A stretch of DNA of 64,000 bases, taken from NCBI GenBank assembly GCA_965287045.1, contig OZ336871.1, positions 36,890,001-36,954,000 on the forward strand, in the 5' to 3' direction. This document shows, one piece after another, positions 1-14,246 of the stretch (positions within the stretch are counted from its first letter, which is position 1; each line of letters starts with the position of its first letter). This stretch comes from Carcharhinus amblyrhynchos. Taxonomy: Eukaryota. The notes under the pieces are model-generated. The model did not search any database and had not been told where the DNA came from. It saw nothing but the letters and a program-made list of their open reading frames with translations. The translations under genes and the position numbers were made by a program.

Positions 1-490
1 TCCAGTTCTTTAGGAAGGATGTGAAATCACTGAGAATTTGCAGAAAAGATTGATGAGAATGGTTCTGTGGATGAGGGACTTTGGTTATCTTAAAATATTG
101 AAGAAGTTGGAACGATTCTCCTTGGAGAAAGGAAGGTATAAAAAATCTTATAGAGGTGTTCAAAGTCATGAAGGTTCTGGACAGAGTAGATATAGGAAAA
201 ACTGCTCCCATTGGTAGAAGATCAAGAACAAGTGGGCACAGTTTAAACTAATTGGCAAAAGAAGCAATAGTGACATGGAAAAATGTTTTCACACAGCGAG
301 TGGTTAGGATTTGGAATGGACTGTCTGAGAATGCAATGGAGGCAGGGCCAACTGAGAGTTTCAAAAGGAAACTAGATCATTGTATGAAAAGGCAAAATTA
401 CAAGGAAAAGACAAGGAGGTGGCACTCAGCCCAACACATACATGATGGGCCAAATGGCCTCCTTTTGTGCTATAACTTCTATGATTGTAT
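1..490 (+). mobile_element. Degenerate CR1 LINE 3' fragment
   Basis: Remnants of the CR1 ORF2 C-terminus (NVFTQRVVRIWNGL in ORF 252..518) followed by the GGGCCAAATGGCCT 3' UTR motif. Confidence 0.85.
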
Positions 491-609
491 GTTTGGGAGA
501 TGTGGCTGTAATGTTTGAATAGCTACCAGTGAAAGGGTGTTCTGATTTATGGATGTTAGGTTTGCAACCAAGAGGCCCCATTTAACTGTAGCACCAAGGA
601 CCCTAAACA

Positions 610-985
610 AAATTGCAGTCAGTGGAAATCAGGAGAAAAGCTCCCCACATGTTGGAGTCATACCAAACACAAAGGAAGATGGTTGTAGTTGTTGGAGTCT
701 ATGATCTCAGCCCTAGAGCAACATTCCTCAGGGTAATGTCCAAGGACCAACTATTTCTACCTGCTTCATTAATAACGATCCCTCCGTATTATGGTCAGAA
801 GTGGGATGTTTACTGAAGATTGCTCGATGCTCAATACCATTTCTGACTCCTCAGATACTGGTGTTGGCTGTGTCCACATGCAGCCAAATCTGAACAACAT
901 TCAGGTTTGGGCAGGTATTTGGCAAGTAATGTTCACACCATGTAAGTGCCAGACTATGAGTAACTCCAACAGGATGTACTGAGTG
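610..985 (+). mobile_element. Degenerate LINE RT fragment (CR1/L2 group)
   Basis: Frameshifted RT motifs: LESYQTQRKMVVVVG, then GMFTEDC (FADD-like), then LNNIQVWAGIWQVMFTPCKCQTM. Same family as 51400-51995. Confidence 0.8.
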
Positions 986-1739
986 ACGTGAAATGATATT
1001 TAAATGAAAATTCTTTCTTTGAAAATTCGCACCATGGAAGAGTTTCTATATGGTATCATTAAAATTCTCAATGTTCAAGAACTCTTTTCATACACTGTGG
1101 CCGATACTTACCTTGTGATATGGACAAAGTGCATGGACCAACAGTGTCAGCACTCTGACCCCTTTTGTAAGCAATATGTACTTCTGGCAGGCTGTAATAG
1201 ACAAGGACAAAGGGCTTGAGCTTTATTGTAATACTCAAATAAATGACACAATAATTATTCCTCATCAACAGATTATATAATCGTTTATGTCTTTTGCTGC
1301 CTCTATTGCTTTGTGTGCAATATTGTAATTTTCCACCTCACCAACATTCATATTTTTCAATCATCATAGTCTATTTCTGCCACATTATTGTGATTCCACT
1401 ATCTATTTGCTCTAAGGTTTGAGGTATAGACAAGGCATAGGCATGAGCAAGTAATTTGAAAGTGGCAACGCTACCATCAAATCAGTGTTTGATGTTGTAA
1501 CCTGCTTGCCTTGCCTGCTGCAGTAGTCATTAGATACGTGTGTGCATACACCTTAATCAAAATGGTCTCTAGCGTACTTCCCATCAGGTGTGTGCATACA
1601 TCTTAGACCTCACTTTTGAGTGTTATTGGCTGCACAGTTAAAATATTAAGCCCACTTTTCCCCATAGTATTTCCAGCACTGAATTAGGTCAGTGTTTATT
1701 CTGGATAGTATATTTATCACCATCCCTTTTATCCAATGC

Positions 1740-2280
1740 TTTCTCTCTTGTGCTTATCTAGCTTTCCCCGAAATGCATCTAATCGACTCACCTCAACAAT
1801 TGCTTATGATAGTAAGTTCCATATTCTAACCATTTCTTGGTAAAGAATTTTCTTGATCCTGAATTCCCTTTTGAATTTATTAGTGACTATTTTATCTTTA
1901 TGGTCTCTAGATTTGGTCTTCCTTAGAGATTAAATCATTTTCTCTACATCTACCCAAACCTTTTCAAAAAGAATTCCATCAGGTCTTTCCCCAGCTTTTC
2001 CCTTCTTAGACAAAAAGCTCCAGTCTGTTCAGTCTTACCCGTTAGGCATAACTTCTCAGTTCTAGTAATATCCCAGCACATTTTTTTGCACCTTCGCCAG
2101 TGACTCTATTTCCCTTTTATATCCTTCTGGTGTGCCGACCAGAACTGTTCAAGTACAACAAGTGTGATTTAGGAAGGTTCTGAATAAAATTGTTCGTATC
2201 TTCTTTGCTTTTCAATTCTGTCCTCCTTTGTTTTTTTTTCCCTGGTCTTAGTCACCTATTTCTAGTGATCTGTGTATCAC
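1740..2280 (-). mobile_element. Old CR1 LINE 3' fragment
   Basis: Reverse-strand CR1 hallmarks (gttccatattctaacc, gaccagaactgttcaagtac). Confidence 0.65.
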
Positions 2281-5200
2281 TTGACTCTGGTTGGATTTAG
2301 TTTCCCATGACAACTAATGAGCAGACTTAGGCTATGTTGATTGGATGTTAAATCCAGGCCACCGAGAGTACCCTGCTGTATGCTTTAGGTTTTCTTTATG
2401 GTCTACTCATACAGTCCAGTATTATAAGACTCACTGTGGATTTTGACTGTGAAATAAATACCACAAATGTAACAACAAAATAAGTAGCATTTTTATTGCA
2501 TTTTTATATGTTCGTACACTCTGCTAAACATAATGAAATAGTGAACATAGAAAAAATGTTTTAGCTAAATAAAAAGGTATAAGGTTTCATTAAATAGTTA
2601 ATGCCACTTTGTGTACGGGTTGACACTTCTACAGATGTATAATGCAAAATGTTTTTGTCTCAAATTAAATATTACAGTAAACAAGTCAATAAAATGAGAT
2701 TGTTCCCTCCACATCCTGCTACAGTGTTTGGTTGAGAAGCTGGAATCAGTGTTAAAAATAGCCCAGTTCAGTCAGAATCTGCTGCCGCAGTCTCTGTAGG
2801 TACTGCACCTGTGAGGTGATGTATACTCATCCACCTGAGTCCTGTGTCTTAGAGTCATATTACCCTGCTTTGGTAGCTGGTTTCTTTTCTGACTTGGGAT
2901 TAGCCATAGGTTCCACTCCAGACTGCCTATGGATTCTACTGTAAACTGGCATTAAATCATCAGTTAAGCTGGGCATGAATGATCTGCAGCCTGCTGGAGT
3001 AACCTTCTCTACTTCCAACACCAGTTACTCCTTGACCGTTATCGTGCTATAGTTTGGCTTTGGTCATTTGTTTCCGAAAGAGAAAAACAACAAGCCACAG
3101 GCAATTCTGAATGTTCTGAGCTTTGTTCATTTTTTTTTACGTTGATTCACACTGTTACCAAGGTGACAGGGATGATCAGTCCCTCACTGAAGCAACAAAG
3201 GCATATTACACAGTTCTGATGATGGAGGAGTGCACCATTCCATAAAACTGGAATATAACAGGTAATTTATTTTCTTTTTTGACTTTATGTGAGCATTAAA
3301 AATAAAAACCACCATTAGAGCAAACTCACCCCCCAGAAAGGTAAAACTGAGCAGAAGCAGTCTGGTCCTTTAAACATGGCTAGATGGTACAAGTCAGAAT
3401 GCTCCTGGAGGAGAGTGTAACAAGACAGCAGTCAGTTTATTTTACAGATCAGATCTTCTACAAAGATAGGTGTATCATTTTGGAAATGAACCCTTGATAG
3501 AGGGCTGATATTTTTCTGTAACTATGACATCCAAATACCGGCAGGCACCCAACATGAAATTATGTTGGTGTAACATTTGAAAGAATTAAAACATGTTCAA
3601 AAAAAAAGAACAATGGGGCATGTTGTAAGATGTTAGGTGCAGATCTCACAATATAAAACCCATTTGATTGGAACTGCAAACACACGAGTTCTACATGCTC
3701 ACTGATACTGGATTCAGCATTTGGTATTTATACGTTTGTTGATTTCATGTTAAAAGCTATTTAACTAACAACACCAATGCAAACTTCAAGGTCAATCTTC
3801 AATTTAAGATGCAAATGGTACTGCTATGAATTTTAGGCAGGTACGGGAAGATAGAAGATATACAGAACTGTACAAATTTGTCTGATAATTTATTATTTTT
3901 CAAGCAAGATCAAAGCTGTAGGAAGGCTGCAGGATGGTTGCCTCTCTCAAATATGAAGAATAATGGATAAATTGTCCATTATAACACCATATTCTCAGAA
4001 CATATGCTTTGCAGTGGAGAATAAAGCACTGTTATTTTCAGAATCAAAAAAAATTGCAATTTGGAGTTACTAACTAAACAGGTTGGAGGCAGATGTTTTT
4101 TTGTAGAGCAGTCCTTGTTAGTCTGAGTTATGTAAAGAAAACTTGAGTGTGTGATGTCATTTGAGATGATCTTCAGTTTTCAGCTGGAATTTAGGCCACC
4201 AGAATATCCTTGACTAAAGGTGATCAGTCATGCATGGGAGCAAGAAAAGATAATGATACTGGTACAACACAAAAGACAGAGAAGAAAAAAGACTGTCAAA
4301 AACATGTATGTCTTTCACCTACTTGATTTGTGTGGGAACTCTATAATGACTTGCATGATCTTTCTTTTCTGAAACAAACCACAGACTACTGTTCATTCAA
4401 AAACTACAGTGCAGTTGCAGTGGATGAAAAGTTACAAGGGTGTTAGACTACAAAAGGAAATCTGTTCTCAATTCATGTGATTGTAAATGTTTTAACTCCA
4501 TTCATTGTAAACAGATCTATCCAGTCTCTAATATGCTCTCGTAATTATTTTCATAAATAGCACTGTCCAAAGGACAATTGACGCTTACTGTGCATCTTAT
4601 TGTTCATTACATGCATATCACATTTTTTCTGAAGCAATTATTTGGCATCTTAAAATTCCAATGAATGGCTAATGTCAATCAAAAATTCCACTTGTTCTAA
4701 AATTGGAACTTTAATACAAAACAAAAATATATATATTTAAAATATTCACACACTGCAATTAGTCATCATAGTGGGCAAGTCGGGTGATAATGTAACATTA
4801 ATAACACAATGACTAAAAATATTAAAAGCATGTTTTCCTTCTTGTTCACCTTCTGTTGAACACAGGAAAACACAGTAAAATGATATACAGACATGAAAGA
4901 ACCCATCACTGTGGCAGGGTTTTATAAAGAATTTGTTTCTGTTCCTTTGCTCTAATCCATCATACAAGAACCAACGTAAAAAGCAAATGATCTACAGGTA
5001 CAAATGCTACTTCTGTTCCTTATGTAAAATGTAAACTGTGCTGAGAAAGATACAACACAGGCATCATTTTTCATCCTAAACTTTTCAAACTGATTTTGTG
5101 GAATAGAAATTGTTAAGTGTTGTATCTGTTTTACCTCCAAACATGGACAGAATGATGATGAAATTTGAAGAATGTTGCTTTGGACACAATGAAGTAAGCT

Positions 5201-6199
5201 CCATAGTCTTTAATGTTCACATTTGCCAAGTGTGTGGAAATGTCTGGGAACTAGTTACCTTTGAAAAGGTAAATAAAGGTTAAGAATATGATTTGAACCA
5301 GGATGAGCACTCCAGACTACAGTGCCCTTGAGGACTGCTGCCATCCTATGATCACTCGTCTCCTCAATTCCACATCATCGCAGGAGACATACATGATGGC
5401 TGCCACTAGCAAGGCTAATTGGCCAGATATTTGGCTGCCTCATGAAGTACAAAAGGTGCCAGCAGCATTCATAATTTTGGAAGTGAGGACCATGACACTA
5501 ATTTCAGGTGAGCAAGGGCTTCCTGGCTGGGATTGTACTGTTTGTGCAATGTTAACTATGCACACGAAAATGAGTCATAATCAATTTCTGCCTTTTAACT
5601 TCTGCAGGTATCTTTGCTCTGATCTTTGTTGTGAAAGCAGGTAGGAAATAAGAATGTGCCCTTTCTAAACTTAGCAACAGATGATTGGTACATTCTAAAA
5701 AAAAATAAACAGAAATTGCCCTTCATATTGAAATAATGAAATAGTAATATTTCATTCTGGAGTGTAGATATGATTTGATTGCAGCAGTCTGCAAAATCCT
5801 GCCACTGTGGTTAAATTGACTTCTTATCATTCCTACACAGCAGATCTGCCCACACCCAAATTATAATACTCTAAAATTTCACTCATGATAGGTCATGATA
5901 GGTTGATGGATATTATTTGCCTTTGAGGACTCATCTCTAAATAATACAATTTCTGTGGATAAATTGTGGTTTGGAAATTCTGATTTGTAACAGAATGAAT
6001 GCTAGGTCAGGACAAATGCATTGTGAGCAGAATACATAGGTCATTAATCCTGTCAAGGCTCCTGCAACACTTCTGCTATTAAATACCAATTACATCAAAG
6101 TGGCAGGAATTGGAACCTTACATTTTCATTTAAATGTTTATTTTTCATGTTGTTTATAAGATTTTCACTTTAAAAGTCTTGGAAAATTAATGATGCCTG

Positions 6200-6610
6200 G
6201 GGAGGGAAACCATAGTTTTGTGAAGAGACTTGAGATACAGGGATGATTGTCACTATAGTAGGGAAGGCTAAATGTTTTTAATGTTGTGGAAGTATTAGTA
6301 AGATCAATAATAGAAGATTATTTCCTTTCATTAATGTGTGAAAAGTAATCAGTTTAAGATTGAGGATCAGGAGAGGGATTAAAATAAATTTCTTTAGACT
6401 GAGAATTTTAAATTTGGAATGCATTTGCTACAAGATGAACTTGAGGAATAGACTATTGTATATTTCAAGAGAAAAGTAAATAAATATTGAACCGACAGAA
6501 AGTACAGGACTGTGAGAAGCTGGCAGAGCAGTGGGATTAGTTGTTGATTGCTCCAACAAAAAATTCAATGGTTCAGATGGACTCTTATGCTGTAAATTTG
6601 TGGAATTCTA
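6200..6610 (+). mobile_element. Old CR1 LINE 3' fragment
   Basis: Decayed FF..RV...WN region and a CR1-like 3' end. Confidence 0.55.
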
Positions 6611-9600
6611 AGATGAAACCATAATATATATGATTTAGTATCTTTCTTACAGATAACTTAAGAGCTTTAATTCTTAATGTGACTCAAACCACAGCAGACC
6701 TGAGGATTCTATAGCTCGTTGACTTTACTTGGTTGACCTTAATGACTTTCCTGTAGTAAATTCACAATTTTAACATAAGGTTTACTGTTTTCACTATAAC
6801 ATTAATACCATTAACAGTAAATTATGCCAACCAAATGTAATCAAGCATCTGGAAATTAGTTTTGTGGCCATTCCCAAAAGGCTTGGCACTGCTTCCGTTA
6901 TTCAAAGCTATGGGAAAACTGTATTTCAAAGCACAGATTTGAAATAGAATCTTCCACAACATTTGGGATTTATTTTGTTTCTGTTTTGTGCTGGAGATCG
7001 TGCAGGTGGTGTTCTACAAAAATGTTAAATGGAAATAATTTCTGCTGATCTACCAATTTTTAGTCCCAGTGCAAGCTTCCAGATGGATTTGAATTGGGAA
7101 TGTTTTCTCCACACAATTTTCCAGGGATTGGAATTACTAACTTCAACAAGGAAACTGATATTAAAGTTTCTTTTGGCTATTTCTGAGCCTGAGTTAGTTA
7201 TTCTGCCTGTGGGTATTCAGGATTTCATAATCCTTTTTGCCAATTGTTTTTAATTATTACTTAGTTGACCCCTCCCCTCATCATTCCTGATGCCTATTGT
7301 TTTACAGGCTTGTTTGAAAGGAAGGAATCGATGGAGGAAGGCCTGGCTGATTAAACTATCCAAGAAATGCTCCCAAGGCCTCTAGCACTTACATTTCAGA
7401 AAAGAGAAGTGAAATTATCTAATTTTGGTGCATGCTGTGCTATTGGAAGCTTCTCTTCCTAAAAAAAGCTGTGCTAGGAGAGCCCTTCTGTATTACCATG
7501 ATATTTGAATGCCAAAGGATTCAAAGGATAGCATGGTTACAATATATCTTATGCTATAATAGTTTCAGTGAACGCACAGCCCCTTTAAGCCCTCAGGTTT
7601 AAAATGGTCAAACACACGCCATTCTGAAAATAAGTGAACTTCTGTGGATTTCTCCTCAAATCTCCCCAGATGATTCTTATACCATGAGCCATCTTCTCTC
7701 ACACGACTCCAACTTTCACACAATTCCAAACCCTCTCTCAAGAAGACATGCCTTAGAATCTTCTTTCAAACAATGCTTTCCCTCGGTTTCTCCCAACAAG
7801 GGTCCATTTCCATGTGTTACAGTCTCCTTTCAGCATTCTTTTGTCTTGAATGCTTTCAAGTTTTCACACAAACTCTCTGAGATCCAGCCACTAACAACTA
7901 TCACTTCACAGGCTGTTGTAAGATCTCACAAACCATAGAATTACTTCAGATATCTCTGGATTCTCACTAGCCAACTCCTTCTCACTCTTTTCAGCTTTGT
8001 CTTTAACCTCAATGAACAATACTGTGTTCCAATTCCAGTTTCCATTTACTCCTCTGACTTCACACTTCCTGGATTTTTTTTTATTCTCTGGCTTCTAGAA
8101 CTAATTGTTTTTTCATTTTATCTGGACTTGCCTTTGTGCCCAATTCTCTATTATTTTACTTCTGCTTCTGATAGTACTGAGGGAGCTGTTCTCTCTCTAG
8201 CTTCTGAGTTCCATCTGCTATGAATTCAGCTAAAACTGAACTCAAAAAGGATTTTTCTTAAAGGTAGCCCCAGAGTGCTAAACAACAGTGCATTCATTTT
8301 CCAAGCTAGTGTTTACATTTCCTGTTGTAAACTCTTTCTCAGCACAACAGAAACACAGTTTGAACTGAAACCAAAGACTCCCATACATACAAACATTTTG
8401 TCTAACATGAGTCTAACTAGACTTTTACCCTTTTCTACACAGAAACACTAATTTAAACACACTTAAATCTATATCTTATTTCTAACGTCCAGCAGTACAA
8501 ATATAGATCACTTAAAACTACCTCTGCTTCCTGACACCTGACAATGGGAGCTTACTATACCTATATTAATGGTATATCAAGATGCTTGGACAAGAATTGC
8601 CAATTGACTTGCCATGGATATTATAGGAAGTCTTGAAAAGCCAGCTACACAGTTCCATCATACTCAGACTTCAAAGACAAGGTTTCATGGAAGATGCATG
8701 AAGGCCAAGTTGGCAGACTTCCTGACCAAATGGATCCCTCTCCTTTAGAAAGACCCCCATCCACCATATTTTCATACTGGGGTGATGGGGGTAGGATGGA
8801 ATAGGACCTGCACATCTGGAGGCAGACCTAATGCAACTACCAGAGTGCGCAGATGGCCAGACTGGCAGGCTAGAATGGTTGTCTCTATTTACTGGGAAAG
8901 CTGCCCCATTTTAATGATTGTTAGGTTCCCAAACCCTCACCACCACACCCCACTCCCACCCATCCACCCCTCATGTCCCCTCATAATCCCTTATACTCCA
9001 TATATCCTCTATAGCTAGTCATCCAGTATCCACTACAGGCAGGCCTCAGGAGCCGTGTCTTTGAAATGGAGATTTTAAAAAACTTCCAATGTAATAACTC
9101 TCACTGAAACACATTTCATGCTGAAAATATCTTTCATTCATATAGCCCATTCAATTTTTTTGAACCCCCTTAAGTGGTAGGCCTGTTGTAAGAACAAACA
9201 CACATTTACATCAAAGACAGATAACCTTTTAATAACATAATAATCAATTGACAGCCCTTTACTGAGATAAGTGATTTTTTTCCTTTTGTAACTTAGTCAA
9301 GCATTCATGAAGCCTTTTTTTTGTATTTCAAAGTTTGTCAATGAAGAATTCCAGGGGCAGGCAGCAAGTTGTTTTTGGTTCCCCACTTGAGGCTGGGGCT
9401 CCCCAATCGATCACGTCCCCTCTCAGAGACTATGAACCACATTAACTTTCAGAAGGAAACCAGCTGCACTGAAATTGCAGGGAGCTTTAAATTGTACAAC
9501 ATCATAATAGAGTTGGCAAGAGCAAAAGTGCTGCATGCAGACTGACTGCTTGCACCTTACCCTGTGCCAGCAAAACATGCTGGAATTGGGAATGGGAGTG

Positions 9601-10611
9601 GGAATCCAGAATTGGGTCCCACCTGGCATTTTTTAAAGGGATCCCAAGTCGTCCTGACTTAACAAAAATGCAGACTAAGGGTCTGGGATACCTTTCACTA
9701 TTCTCTGTATAGCATACAATGCTGTTGACTACCAAAGTGGGCACTCATTAGAGAAAAAGTTATTTCAAGAAGCTGCCAAAATAGATCAAATAAGGTGATT
9801 GGTTAAAGCAAAAGGTGACATGAGGATTACTTTTTTACGCAATTAGTCTGTAAGATCTGGAGTGCACTGCCTGAGAGTGTGGCGGAGGCAGATTCAATCA
9901 TGAGGCAAAGGTTTACATTCACCTACTAGTAGGTTTGCAGGAGGAGGCCAGTAAAGTTGATAACTACGTAAGGCTGTTTCCTACCAAACCTTAATCTCAG
10001 CCTTGCAAGAGATTTTCAGGTGGAGTAATAGTGATTCCGCTCAGATGTCAGACAGGTAGGAGGTGTACTTCCATCAACAGCCTCCTTTCAACACTGGGTA
10101 CCCTCCACAAGTTCTGTCCCTTTGGGTGTTCCCTCCTCACATCCCTTCTGCTTAACCCACTCCCCTAAGCCTCAGCTCGCTGGGATAGGGACTTCCTTCC
10201 AAGTAAGGGGCAGAGATCTCACCTTCAGCCTGTTAAGATCTTTGGAGTATTAAATGGCTGTAGGGCAACCAGAATCAATGATGATGCACTCTCCACTGAC
10301 TCTTCAGGCAGTGGGCTGGGAAACCCCACCATCCAAAAAATTTGGCTTTGTGTTCAAAAGAGAATTGAATATTTATCTGAAGAGAGAAAAATTCAGGGAT
10401 GAGGGGGATAAAGTGGGGAAATGGGACTAGCTGAGTATGCTTATGGGGAAACCAGCATGAGCATGTTGGATCAAGTGTCCTCCTGTGCTTTAACATTCAA
10501 TGATTCAGTTTGATATAAATGTCATGAACTTTGTTTCTACCTCAACAGCTTTAATATTGCAAAGCAATAAAGGAATTAATAGAAATCTAAAAGACATACA
10601 TCTTTAATAGT

Positions 10612-10817
10612 ATGGGAGGTGGTGGTGCAGTGGTATTGTCACTCATCTAGTAACCCAGAGATCAGAGGTAATGTTCTTAGGATGAGGGTTTGAATTCCAG
10701 CGTGGCAGATGGTGAAATCTGAATCCAATAAAAGCTGGAATTAAAAAGTCTAATGACGACCATGAAATCATTGCTGATTGTTATAAAAAAAAACTCATCT
10801 GATTCACTAATGTCCTC
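10612..10817 (+). mobile_element. tRNA-derived SINE, 5' part
   Basis: A-box-like GGTGGTGCAGTGG and B-box-like GGTTTGAATTCC. A similar copy lies at about 39122-39370. Confidence 0.7.
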
Positions 10818-11525
10818 TGTGATGACACTGTATGTTTAAGAAATATATTTATATCATGTCTGGTAAGAGACAGTGTTTTGTTTCAAGGAGTCAATTTATC
10901 TGAAAAAAAGACATGCATTCCATGCTGAGACTGCAGGATAATAACTAATTTTAACTCATGTGTGTTTGCCTAAATAAAGTTAATACATTGGTGTTTACTT
11001 AGTTTTTTTCCCCTGGAGTTTCAGAGTTTTGAATAGATTGATTGACAGAGAACGGGGTAATGTGTTTAATAGGAGAAGCTAAGCTTGCAGGGGGAAACAC
11101 AATTTTTCTTTCATTTTTAAAATACAAAAGGTCGCTGTCTGGTTTTGAAAGAAGACATGTCTCTCTTTCTCTCTCTCTCTCTCTCTTTCTGGAAGTTGCC
11201 TGGGAGCTCCAGGGCCAGTAATCTAAATACAAGCATATAAGCCTGTGTTTTGCTAACTGAATTTGACAAGGGGTTCAAGTTTGTAAGAGGAATATTGTTT
11301 GAACTGGAACTCGCGGGGATAGATTAGCAGTTAAAGATTGTACCTCATTATGTTTAAGGATGGTTCAATTGTTAAATGCTAATTCATTTGCTATAATTAA
11401 ACTGCATTGTTAAATAAAGTTTGTTAAGGCTTCCAAGTGTGTCAGTAGAATTGTACTTGGAAAGGAACATCATATCCTCACATTAATGACAATCCTATTT
11501 AGTAAGGTTGTAGTGCCATGCAACA
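10818..11525 (+). mobile_element. Probable solo LTR inserted into the SINE
   Basis: Starts TGTGATGA exactly where the SINE breaks off, with an internal (CT)n tract, TATATAA and AATAAAGTTTG. Right end is uncertain. Confidence 0.4.
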
Positions 11526-12123
11526 CTATGAAGGCTCTCTGGATTACTGGTGACAACACCACTTCGCCACCGCTTCCCTGTGTGGTGGTAGTCCTAATGG
11601 TAGCAAGTTCCACATGCTAACTATCCTCTGGGTAAAGAAGTTCCTTCACAGTTGCTTATTAGATATATTAGTGATTATCATACATTTACCACCCATAGAT
11701 TTGGACTCCTCCACAAACGCAAACATCTTCTCTACACCTGCCATATTAAACTCTTCATAAAACCTTTAAGGTCAACACTCAGTATTCTGGTAGTTATTGT
11801 TCTGTTATCATTCTCCAGTGCCTCAGTATCCTTTTTAATAAAATGGAGATAAAGCGCTGGATTTTCATGTAGAGGTGGAAAAAGGTGAGTTGAACCCTTC
11901 TGTGGCTTCCCAAATGAGAGCCCTCTGCTGAACTCACATTGCACCATATGTTTGCATCTTGGAAGCTAGGCAAGTTCTGAGTGCAAGTCTTGATCGGCAA
12001 GGTAGGTGGAACCTACCAGGCCTCACCATAGCCAGTATCAAAGACCTGCCTGGAGATAACTCTGAGAGGCCACCAGAAGTGAAACATAACCCTTGCACTG
12101 TAAGAACTGTTGAGTTAGGAGTT

Positions 12124-12605
12124 AGAACATAGAACACTACAGCACAAACAGGCCCTTCAGCCCACAAGTTGCACCGATCATATCCATACCTACCAGGCCT
12201 ATCTATAACTCTCAACCCCATTAAATCCCATGTACTCATCCAGAAGTCTCTTAAAAGACCCCAGCGAGTTTGCCTCTACCACCACCGACGGCAGCCGATT
12301 CCACTCAATCACCACCCTCTGAGTGAAAAACCTATCCCTGACGTCTCCTCTGTACCTGCTCCCCAGCTCCTTAAACCTGTGTCCTCTCGTAGCAACCATT
12401 TCAGCCCTGGGAAAAAGCCTCTGAGAATCCACCCTATCTGTACCTCAACATTTTATAAACCTCTATCAGATCGCCTCTCAATCTTCGTCTCTCCAGGGAG
12501 AAGAGACCTAGCTCCCTCAACCTATCTTCATAAGGCATGCCTCCCAATTCAGGCAACATCCTTGTAAATCTCCTCTGCACCCTCTCAATAGCTTCCACAT
12601 CCTTG
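12124..12605 (-). mobile_element. Young 5'-truncated CR1 (HER1-like) LINE
   Basis: ORFs 12434..12616 and 12199..12432 (ERVQRRFTRMLP, RFFTQRVV..WNRLP) and a (TTCTATG)-type tail at 12124. Confidence 0.9.
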
Positions 12606-13791
12606 ACTGAAGGCATTCGATATGGTGCCTCACAAAAGGTTGCTGCAGAAGATTAAGGTACACAGAGTTGGGGGTAAAGTGTTAGCGTGGATTGAGGATT
12701 GGTTATCTAATAGGACGCAGAGGGTTGGAATAAATGGGTGCTTTTCTGGTTGGCAGTTGGTGACTAGTGGCGTACCGCAGGGATCGGTGCTGGGGCCTCA
12801 ACTATTTACCATATACATAGACAACCCGGAGGAGGGGACCGAGTGTAGGGGAACAAAGTTTGCTGATGACACGAAGATGAGTGGGAAAGTGAATTGCGTG
12901 GAGGACGCGGAAAGTCTGCAGAGAGATTTGGATAGGCTGAATGAGTGGGCGAGGATCTGACAGATGGAGTATAATGTTGGCAAGTGTGAGGTTATCCACT
13001 TTGGAAGGAATAATAGTAAAATTGACTATTATGTAAATGGTGAAAAATTACAACATGCTACTGTGTAGAGGGACCTGGGGGTCCTTGTGCATGAATTGCA
13101 AAAACTCGGTCTGCAGGTACAGCAGGTGATCAAGAAGGCAAATGGAATGTTGGCCTTTATTGCGAGGGGGATGGAATATAAAAGCAGGGATGTCTTGCTG
13201 CAACTGTACAAGGTACTGATGAGGCTGCAACTAGAGTACTGTGTGCAATTTTGGTCCCCTTATTTGCGAAAGGATATATTGGCCTTGGAGAGAATACAGA
13301 GAAGGTTCACCAGGTTGATACCGGAGATGAGGGGGTTAGCTTATGAGGAGAGATTGAGTAGATTGGGCCTGTACTCGTTGGAGTTTAGAAGGCTGACAGG
13401 TGATCTTACAGAGACATATAAGATAATGAAGGGGCTAGATAGGGTAGAGGCAGAGAGATTCTTTTCACTTTGAAAGGAAACAAGAACTAGAGGACACAGC
13501 CTCAAAATAAGATGGGGGGGAGGCAGTTTAGAACAGAGTTGAGGAGGAACTTCATCTCTCAGAGGGTAGTGAATCTCTGGAATTCTCTGCCCATTGAAGC
13601 GGTGGAAGCTACCTCGTTGAATATGTTTAAGTCACAGGTAGATAGATTTCTGATCGATAAGGGAATTAAGGGTTATGGGGAGCAGGCGGGTAAGTGGAAC
13701 TGAACCACTTTCAGATCAGCCATGATCTTATTGAATGGAGGGGCAGGCTCGAAGGGCCTACTCCTGCTCCTGTTTCTTATGTTCTTATGTT
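12606..13791 (+). mobile_element. 5'-truncated CR1 LINE (RT to 3' end)
   Basis: VTSGVPQGSVLGPQLF, KFADDTK and LEYCVQFWSP motifs, ending in a (TTCTTATG)n tail. Confidence 0.95.
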
Positions 13792-14246
13792 CAATGTGGT
13801 TTCTTTCATTGTGGTTCGACATGCCACCAAAATCTGGCTACCAACCCATCATGATTGTGTGGACAATGATGGTGCCCCAAGATTCCTATGCTAAGCAAAG
13901 TCACACACAGGCTTCTATCAGTGGTCATCAAGTCCTGTGGCTATGGAGATTTGGTGATGGGGACAGGACTGTATAACTGGAAAACACTAAGAATCCTCAC
14001 ACAGGTGATGGAAGTACGAACACCTGTGCTGGGACAGAGTAATCTTTGGGTAGAAGCACCTGTTACTGACCAGTCATCTTCAGGATTCCCTCTACTCAAC
14101 TCAAATGGGGAGGGAGATAGTAAAGGTGTCCTAAAAGTAGGTTGTTCCACTTTCTCCAGGCTGGGGAAAGCACTTGCAGGATCACCATCTTCAAGGCCAA
14201 AGAAAGAGAAGAATTCCAAGTTCTGTTCTTGACCAGTCTAAAGTTT

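Noticed and set aside
1538-1605. 18-bp direct repeat GTGTGTGCATACA(C/T)CTTA spaced 50 bp apart
   Set aside because: Only two copies and no recognisable insert. Likely a small local duplication.
8170-8540. Possible solo LTR on the minus strand
   Set aside because: Only compositional resemblance. I could not identify both termini or a TSD.
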